A stretch of DNA of 22,675 nucleotides, from contig JBDKFG010000075.1 of the NCBI GenBank assembly GCA_039798785.1, positions 1 to 22,675 of the forward strand, read 5' to 3'. The DNA comes from Verrucomicrobiota bacterium. GTDB taxonomy: Bacteria; Verrucomicrobiota; Lentisphaeria; Lentisphaerales; Lentisphaeraceae. Position numbers and translations under genes: made by a program. How positions within the stretch are numbered: the stretch's first letter is position 1; the number at the start of each line of letters is the position of its first letter. This document shows, in pieces, positions 8,109-14,792 of this stretch. The notes beneath the pieces are model-generated. The model saw only the letters and a program-made list of their open reading frames with translations. It ran no database searches and was not told the DNA's origin.

Positions 8109-8194
8109 GGTTTACCTTATGGATTCTGCTTGTTTGTTTCGATTCGATTTGAGTTTGGCTCAAGCTCCTGTCGAGCTCACTCCCTGACTCCCTT

Positions 8195-9604
8195 TTACGC
8201 CAGCACTCCCTTCATCACCTTGCCGGCGACATCGGTGAGGCGGTAGTCGCGGCCTTGGAAGCGGTAGGTGAGGCGTTCGTGATCGACGCCCATGAGGTGG
8301 AGCATGGTGGCGTGCAGGTCGTGGACGTGCACCGGGTTCTCGACGATGTTGTAGCCCCATTCGTCGGTCTGGCCATAGCTGGTGCCGGCCTTGACGCCGC
8401 CGCCGGCCATCCACAGGGAGAAGCAGCGCGGGTGGTGGTCGCGTCCGTAGTCGTTCTGGGTCATCTTGCCCTGGCAGTAGGTGGTGCGGCCGAATTCGCC
8501 GCCCCAGATCACCAGAGTGTCTTCGAGGAGGCCGAGGCGCTTGAGGTCGCTGACCAGGGCGGCGGAGGCCTGGTCGGTCTGCTGGCATTGGCGGCGGATC
8601 TGGGAGGGCAGGTTGCCGTGCTGGTCCCAGCCCTGGTGGAAGAGCTGGATGAAGCGGACGCCGCGTTCGGCGAGGCGGCGGGCGAGCAGGCAGTTGGCGG
8701 CGTAGGTGCCGGCTTCTCGCGAGCCCGGGCCGTAGAGATCGAAGGTGGCGGCGGATTCCTTGGAGACATCGGTGGCTTCGGGCACGGCGAGCTGCATGCG
8801 GAAGGCCATCTCCGCCTGGGCGCTGCGGGCGGCGGTCTCGGGGTCGCCATAGACGCCGGCGGTGGCGGAGTTGAGGGCGCCGAGGCCGTCGAGCATGTCG
8901 CGGCGGATCTCCCGGGTGATGCCCTCGGGATTGTCGAGGAAGAGCACCGGCTCCTTGCCGGCGCGGAACTGCACGCCCTGGTGCTGCGAGGGCAGGAAGC
9001 CCGAGCCCCAGAGGCGGGAGTAGAGCGGCTGGTCGTGGCTGGCGTCCTTGGATACGAGGGTGACGAAGGCAGGCAGGTTGGCGTTCATCGAGCCGAGGCC
9101 GTAGTCGGCCCAGGCGCCCATGGCGGGGCGGCCGGGCTGCTGGTGGCCGGAGCAGAAGAAAGTGATCGCGGGGTCGTGGTTGATCGCCTCGGAGTGCATC
9201 GAGCGGATGATGCAAAGATCGTCGGCGATCCTGGCGGTGTGGGGCAGCAGGTCGCTGATCCACTGGCCGCTCTGGCCGTGCTGCTTGGCGCCGGCGAACG
9301 AAGCCGCCACAGGCAGGCTCGCCTGGTTGCCGCTCATGCCGGTGAGGCGCTGCGTTCCCCGCACCGAGGCGGGCAATTCCTTGCCGTGGTGCTGTTTCAG
9401 CAGCGGTTTCGGATCGAGAGTTTCAAACTGCGAGGGGCCGCCGGCCTGGAAGAGATAGATCACCCGCTTGGCCTTGGCGGCGAAGTGGGGCAGGCCGGGC
9501 AGGCCGCCGCTGATCTGAGGCGCCGCCGGAGCGCCGAAGAGCTGCGGCTGGCTCAAGCCGGCGAGGGAGAGGGCGCCGGCGCCGAGGAAGTGTCTGCGGT
9601 TCAT
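8195..9604 (-). CDS. DUF1501 family protein with Tat signal, 469 aa
   Basis: MNRRHFL Tat motif; PHFAAKAKRVIYLFQAGGPSQ, GWDQH, GEFGRT, GRDHH, HVHDLHAT, RLTDVAG. Start corrected to 9604 (RBS AAGGA; ATGA overlap with the upstream stop). Confidence 0.93.
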   Translation of the reverse strand: MNRRHFLGAGALSLAGLSQPQLFGAPAAPQISGGLPGLPHFAAKAKRVIYLFQAGGPSQFETLDPKPLLKQHHGKELPASVRGTQRLTGMSGNQASLPVAASFAGAKQHGQSGQWISDLLPHTARIADDLCIIRSMHSEAINHDPAITFFCSGHQQPGRPAMGAWADYGLGSMNANLPAFVTLVSKDASHDQPLYSRLWGSGFLPSQHQGVQFRAGKEPVLFLDNPEGITREIRRDMLDGLGALNSATAGVYGDPETAARSAQAEMAFRMQLAVPEATDVSKESAATFDLYGPGSREAGTYAANCLLARRLAERGVRFIQLFHQGWDQHGNLPSQIRRQCQQTDQASAALVSDLKRLGLLEDTLVIWGGEFGRTTYCQGKMTQNDYGRDHHPRCFSLWMAGGGVKAGTSYGQTDEWGYNIVENPVHVHDLHATMLHLMGVDHERLTYRFQGRDYRLTDVAGKVMKGVLA

Positions 9605-11886
9605 GGGGATTCCTTGTGATCGATCTGCGACTCGCGAGGATCCTGGCGCAACTGTACCATGGCACAACCACGCACGAGGGGGACGCTCAGTTCAAGGCCG
9701 GTCGCGCTTGCCTGAATCTTCAGCGGCAGCCCGTCAGGGATGCCGGGATGGAGGGCGACGGCGCTCATGCCCTTCAGACCCTCGACGCCTTGCAAGCGCA
9801 CGACAGCCTGCTTCGCCTCCCCGCCAAAGCAGACCGGCAGAGCCCATCCTCCGGGCACGGAAAAGAGATTGACCTTGACTCCCGGGGTCGGACTTTCGAC
9901 GCAGTGAGCGCGCAATACCCAGTTTTTGCCGCGCATGGCTTGTAATAGCGGCCCGTAGGCCAGGGAGAAGCCTTCGGGGCTGGCGGCATTGAGAGAGGCG
10001 GCGAGGAATTCATCTTCCTTGCCCTTGGCATAGAGGTTCTTGACTTTCCCCCCGGATTCGGCCTCCGGGGTGAGGCAGTGGTTGTTGCTGGGGTACGGAG
10101 CGACGGGATACAGCCCCAGATACAAGCAGCGCTGGAAGTAGAAATCGCTGACTTCGCCTTTGCAGGTCCAGATTCCGGCCGGCTTGTTGACGCCGGCGAG
10201 GGCGGCGTAATTGATATAGCTCGGGAGCTCGAAGAATTCGGTTGCCCATTCGGCGAAGATGCCGTCGCCGCGTCCGACGACATCGATGCGCGGCTGGCAA
10301 TTGTTCAAGAAGAGGAGCTTGTCCTGGCGATGCAACTCAGGGACGATCCGGTCGCAGAGGGTCTGCCAGGAGCGAAACAAGGAGCGAGCAGGCTTGCCGT
10401 TGACCCAGGAGACTCCGTCATCGCCTCGATCGTTGTAATGGCCGAGCCAATCCAGACGGTCGATGCAGATTCCATCGACTTGCGGCAGCCATTCGTTGTT
10501 GCGCCGCACCTGATCGACGAGGTGCTGGAGATACGCCGGCTCCCCGGGATCCACAATCACCGCACCGTAGCAATTGGATTTGCAGGGCTGATCGCCATTC
10601 ATCAGGACCGCGGCTGCCCGGCCGCCATGATAGAGGTAGTCCACCGGATTTTTCCATAAATCCTGGTCGTCCGAGGTCTGCCGCGGCGGGATGGGCCATG
10701 GCATATCCTTGCCGTATTCCGTGACATTGAAATAACTCAGGACATGGAAGCCCTGGCTTCTCATGTAGCGGGCGTAATCATTCATCTGGGAGGCGGAAGT
10801 CTCCCGGCCCTTGCCGGGAGGGGCAGGTTCGGCGCAAGATCGCTGCCAGGTGCGATTCCCGCCGCCGAGGGGAGGCAGGAACATTCCCATGTAGGGGAAG
10901 TCATCTGAAAGTTTCCAATTGTAGGCGAAGCCCATTTTCCGGAGTGCGGCGACATCGACAGGATTTTCATTGCCCGAATAGGCGCTGCTGCCGGAAAGCT
11001 CATGAGCTCGGGGATTCCCCGGATTGAAGAATGCCGGATAGCGATTGACCACCCAGCCCAGGCCAGCACGGACATCCGCAGGGTGGGCCGTGAGGTCCAT
11101 CGAGAACTTCACCGCTCGGCCGCCGCCTAGACGGTGGCAGTCGCGACGGAGGCTGACGGCGCCGCGATCGTCTTCGCTCAGCGTCATATTCAGCAGGACA
11201 TCCTCTGGGGATTGCATGAATGTCAAGGCAGCATCTTGGTGCGGCTCGGCGATGGTGAACATCGGAATGCTGATGAAGTTGGCTCGGGGATCGCCCTTGG
11301 CGTGTTTGCATTTCCAGACCTGAGACCAGTCGTCGAACTGGTAATTCCAAGTGCGTGGCGCAAAGGCTTGCCAAGCCAGGGGATCTGCCCAGGCCGTCGC
11401 CTGGTTGTCCGGGTGTCCCCAGGTGGTCCAGAACCGGCTTTCCGGAGAGGCGGCATATTGGAAGGAGCTGGTGATCGCCGTGCTCCAGGGAGCGTCTTGG
11501 CTGGTGATTTCGATCTCCCAGCGGATGCTGTCCTGCGTCGGGCTGAAGCATTCGAGGAGCTCAGCTTCATGCCCATGGCCGTCGGCCAAACGGCGTCTGA
11601 TCTCCACTCCGCCGCCGCTCCGGCGCCGCAACTGAGGAGGATCCGCATCATGCAAGCCGGCGAGCTGGGTCGAGGCGCTGAAGTTCCAGCGCGAGCTCCG
11701 CAGGACCTTGCAGCCGACGATTCGTCCGGCCGAGTCCAGTTCGAGCGTGAGTCCCGCCGCCTCGACCGAGAATGGTCCCGTCCGAGCCCCCATCTCTGCT
11801 CCGTTTACAGGTGCGTCAGTGCATCCGGATGGCAGTAGAGTCATGAGGATTAAAATGTTTAAAAAAATGATGTTACATCGTTTCAT
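9601..11886 (-). CDS. Uncharacterised exported protein (possible lipoprotein), glycoside-hydrolase-like, 761 aa
   Basis: The real part of ORF 9601..13059 begins at MKRCNIIFLNILILMTLLPSGC (ATG 11886, TGATG overlap with the upstream stop). Beta-rich N-terminus, then TIM-barrel-like motifs GFHVLSYFN, VDPGEPAY, VDGICIDRLDW, DGIFAE. The function is inferred. Confidence 0.7.
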   Translation of the reverse strand: MKRCNIIFLNILILMTLLPSGCTDAPVNGAEMGARTGPFSVEAAGLTLELDSAGRIVGCKVLRSSRWNFSASTQLAGLHDADPPQLRRRSGGGVEIRRRLADGHGHEAELLECFSPTQDSIRWEIEITSQDAPWSTAITSSFQYAASPESRFWTTWGHPDNQATAWADPLAWQAFAPRTWNYQFDDWSQVWKCKHAKGDPRANFISIPMFTIAEPHQDAALTFMQSPEDVLLNMTLSEDDRGAVSLRRDCHRLGGGRAVKFSMDLTAHPADVRAGLGWVVNRYPAFFNPGNPRAHELSGSSAYSGNENPVDVAALRKMGFAYNWKLSDDFPYMGMFLPPLGGGNRTWQRSCAEPAPPGKGRETSASQMNDYARYMRSQGFHVLSYFNVTEYGKDMPWPIPPRQTSDDQDLWKNPVDYLYHGGRAAAVLMNGDQPCKSNCYGAVIVDPGEPAYLQHLVDQVRRNNEWLPQVDGICIDRLDWLGHYNDRGDDGVSWVNGKPARSLFRSWQTLCDRIVPELHRQDKLLFLNNCQPRIDVVGRGDGIFAEWATEFFELPSYINYAALAGVNKPAGIWTCKGEVSDFYFQRCLYLGLYPVAPYPSNNHCLTPEAESGGKVKNLYAKGKEDEFLAASLNAASPEGFSLAYGPLLQAMRGKNWVLRAHCVESPTPGVKVNLFSVPGGWALPVCFGGEAKQAVVRLQGVEGLKGMSAVALHPGIPDGLPLKIQASATGLELSVPLVRGCAMVQLRQDPRESQIDHKESP

Positions 11887-14792
11887 CACTGGGAAATCTC
11901 CTTCAATCCCGTTGGCAATACCAGATCTTTTCGCCGGGAAGACGGGGTGACCTCGAGCTTGAGGATCTTGCCGTCGCGGTAGCGGCATTCCACCGTGGTG
12001 TCGCCGGGGGCGTGCAGCTTGAAGTCGACATCCCAGTCCTTCGGCCAGGCGGGCAGGAGGAGGATCTTGCCCTGCGGAGCGGGCTGGAGGAGCATCTCCT
12101 GGAGGGTGTTGGCCATGTTGCCGGCGCCGTCGTAGTCGGGGCACCAGTCGTGCGGCGAGGAGAAGAAACCGGGGAAGCGGAAGCTGCGGCCGGGCTGGTC
12201 CTGGACCTGGAGCCGGGTGGGAGCGCCGGAGCGCAGCAGGACATCCTCCTTGGCACCTTCGGCGAGGCCAAGGCGGGCGGCGATGATGCCGGTCTGGTAC
12301 CAGCAGCAGTGGCCGGGGTTGGGCATCGCCCGCCAGGCGCGGCGGGCCTCCTCGATGTCGTACCCGGGGCGTTCCAGGCCGTAGAGACGGAAGGGATAGA
12401 CGCAGTTGAGGTCGGGCGACTCGTAGTTGAAGCGGCGGGGATTGTAGCTTTCGGCGTTGTCCGGGACGATCAAGCCTTCTTTGTTGCGGGTCTTGGGCAG
12501 AGGCGGCAGGGAGGCGCGGATCCGGGCCCAGCGCTGCCGCTGCTCGGGACTGCTGGCGCTTTCGGGCAGGGCAAGGAGGCGCGAGCAAATCTCGTGCAGG
12601 CCGGCGACCGAGGGCATGTCGTTGGTGACGTCGAGCCAGTAGGTTTCTACCGCGTGGGTGGGATGGATGACGATCTGGCCCTGGGCGTTCTTCTGGAAGC
12701 GGGTGTCGTAGAAGCGCAGCGCCGCGTCGCACCAGGAGACGGTCTTGCGGAGGAATTCGGGGTCGGGGCGGTAGTCGTAGCGGTCGAGGGCGAATGCGCC
12801 GAATTCGAGGCACTGCTGCCAGATGTTCTCGGTGTAGTTGTTGGAGTAGCGCTTGGCGCCCCAGCCGAAGTCGCCCATGCCGGGCAGGCCGAAGAGAGAG
12901 AGGGTTTCGTTCATGTAGATCCCTTCGGCGCCGTAGAAGATCTTCGCCTGGGCAGCGAAGAGCTCCTGCTGGCGGAAGTAGAAGTCGAAGAAGGAATCGG
13001 TGAGGTCGAAGTTGCCCTGGGCGAGGTGGAGCTGGTACATGAAGCGGGTGTTCTGCCACCAGTAGGAAGGGCCGTAGAAGCGGTAGTCAGCGCTCCAGTT
13101 CTTGCCGCGCGGATCGGTGGCGTAGAAGGCGAATTCGGGGGCGACGGTGAAGATGCCGCCGTTGAAGTGGGCGGGGAATTCCGAGCGCTCCTGGCAGGCG
13201 AACTGGTAGCGGGTCAGGAGATAGGCCTGGTTCAGGCGTTCGACTGGGCTGAGCTCATCGCCGGCCATGCGGGCGACGCAGTTGCCGTCCTGCCAGAGAC
13301 TGAGTCCGCCGGTGGCGTCGCGGACTGCGGCGACGTGGACCCAGATCCCTTGTGGCAGGGCAAGAGGAGAGACGAGCGTTCGGTTGCCGGCAATGAGGCG
13401 GAGTTTGCCTCCATGGGTATCGAAGAGAAGGCCGTCGTCGATGCCGGGTGTGACCTTGTCGAAGAGACGGCCACCCCACTGATCGGCCTTGACCCAAGCT
13501 TCGAGGGTCAGCCCCTCGGGGAAATTCCATCCTGTCGATCCGGCGGCTTCAAAGAAACCACCGCGGAGCGCTTTGGGGTGGAGACCGGCATCGCCATGCG
13601 CGGTGAAACCTTGGCCGTCGCTGGCGAGGGCGCCAGGCAGGGGTTGGGAGCGATCCGCCGCGTCGCGCAAATTCCGGATGCCGGCCGGATCGAACGCCCG
13701 GCCGTAGACCGAGAATCTGGTGAAATCGAGCAGGCTGTTCGTGCCGCCCCGGCTGTCGGCGCCAAAGCGCAAGGAATGCAAATTGGCGGGAAGGGGATGG
13801 CCAGCCGAGGAAGAGACGTGGATCCAGGAGCGATTCCAGAAGTCGTTCCACCACTGAGAGGTCCGCTGCATCGCCTGCTCCGGGCTGGCGGTCGCGGCGG
13901 CGGCGGCTTCGACATCCTTGAGGAAGCGGGCCTGGGCGCCGGCCCCGGGGTAGAGGGCGCTGTGGGTGGAGATCCGCAGATCGAGGCGGCGTTGCGCCGG
14001 CGCCTCTAGGCGGCCGTCCTTCAGGCTGAATCCCTCGCCGCTGACCCTGGCGCCGAAAATCCTATTCAAGATCGGGTCGTGCACCAGAGAGGCGGCGGCT
14101 TGTAGTCCTTGCCGTTCGACATGCAGCTTTACCGGGCTGCTGGCGTTGCGGTGCAACCAGGCGAGTGCTTGTGGGCCGTGATGGAGCTCATCCGCCGCTT
14201 CTAAGGCCGGCTGATCCGGTGGCAATCCCTCGCGATAGATCCAGGTCGAGCCGATCGAGCCCTGCCGGCGCAAATCGTTCTGCTGTTTCCGCCAGTTCTC
14301 CAGGCTGAGGACGGCGCGCAGCGGCTGCTCGCTCGTGCCGCTGAGGTAGATCGTCTGGCTCTCGGCGTCGACGAAGAGGCTGAGGCGGATCTCCTGGCCA
14401 GGTGCTCCGGCGACGATGTCGCAACGTCCGTCACGCAACTTGAGTTCCTGGCGGTAGGGGAGTCCCTTGGCAAAGGGATTGGGGAAGAGCTGGAGGCGAA
14501 GCCGACCGAGCTTGAGCAGGCGATGCATCTCACTGAAAGCGTCGTTGCGTGATATGTAGAAGAGCAGGTCGCCGTTTTCCTCAACCCAGAGGTTGACGCC
14601 GGTGACTCCGTTGCCGAGGGGCACCGAATCGGCTTCATCCTTGCTGGCGGAGCTGAAGCTGGTGTTGAATCGATCAAGTTTTTCCTCGCTTTTGCCAGGC
14701 TCGGCGGCGAGGAGGTTCTGCCCTAGCAGGAGGCAGGAGAGGACGCTTGGAATGAAGAATCGCATGTGTTGGAATCCCTGGATTGATTTCAT
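11886..14792 (-). CDS. DUF5703 / GH95-like (alpha/alpha)6 glycoside hydrolase with an inserted LamG-like domain, about 968 aa
   Basis: Signal peptide; PLGNGVTGVNLWVEENGDLLFYISRNDA..RLLKLGR, WNDFWNRSWI, FNGGIFT, YWWQNTR, HAVETYW, LQEMLLQ..KILLLPAWPKDWDVDFKLHAP. Start at 14792 (ATGA overlap); alternative start at 14765 (MRFF). Confidence 0.85.
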   Translation of the reverse strand: MKSIQGFQHMRFFIPSVLSCLLLGQNLLAAEPGKSEEKLDRFNTSFSSASKDEADSVPLGNGVTGVNLWVEENGDLLFYISRNDAFSEMHRLLKLGRLRLQLFPNPFAKGLPYRQELKLRDGRCDIVAGAPGQEIRLSLFVDAESQTIYLSGTSEQPLRAVLSLENWRKQQNDLRRQGSIGSTWIYREGLPPDQPALEAADELHHGPQALAWLHRNASSPVKLHVERQGLQAAASLVHDPILNRIFGARVSGEGFSLKDGRLEAPAQRRLDLRISTHSALYPGAGAQARFLKDVEAAAAATASPEQAMQRTSQWWNDFWNRSWIHVSSSAGHPLPANLHSLRFGADSRGGTNSLLDFTRFSVYGRAFDPAGIRNLRDAADRSQPLPGALASDGQGFTAHGDAGLHPKALRGGFFEAAGSTGWNFPEGLTLEAWVKADQWGGRLFDKVTPGIDDGLLFDTHGGKLRLIAGNRTLVSPLALPQGIWVHVAAVRDATGGLSLWQDGNCVARMAGDELSPVERLNQAYLLTRYQFACQERSEFPAHFNGGIFTVAPEFAFYATDPRGKNWSADYRFYGPSYWWQNTRFMYQLHLAQGNFDLTDSFFDFYFRQQELFAAQAKIFYGAEGIYMNETLSLFGLPGMGDFGWGAKRYSNNYTENIWQQCLEFGAFALDRYDYRPDPEFLRKTVSWCDAALRFYDTRFQKNAQGQIVIHPTHAVETYWLDVTNDMPSVAGLHEICSRLLALPESASSPEQRQRWARIRASLPPLPKTRNKEGLIVPDNAESYNPRRFNYESPDLNCVYPFRLYGLERPGYDIEEARRAWRAMPNPGHCCWYQTGIIAARLGLAEGAKEDVLLRSGAPTRLQVQDQPGRSFRFPGFFSSPHDWCPDYDGAGNMANTLQEMLLQPAPQGKILLLPAWPKDWDVDFKLHAPGDTTVECRYRDGKILKLEVTPSSRRKDLVLPTGLKEISQ

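Noticed and set aside
8195..9604. Calling DUF1501 a sulfatase
   Set aside because: No C/S-x-P-x-R formylglycine motif near the N-terminus; the function is unknown.
11887..13059. N-terminal 391 codons of ORF 9601..13059
   Set aside because: Arg/Pro-rich off-frame shadow of the DUF5703 gene; the real start is ATG 11886, followed by a signal peptide. No need to invoke a frameshift or fusion.
9604..14792. Similarity between the sequences upstream of ATG 14765 and ATG 9604 as an insertion scar for the two hydrolase genes
   Set aside because: Short and gapped, and explained by both being ribosome-binding regions.
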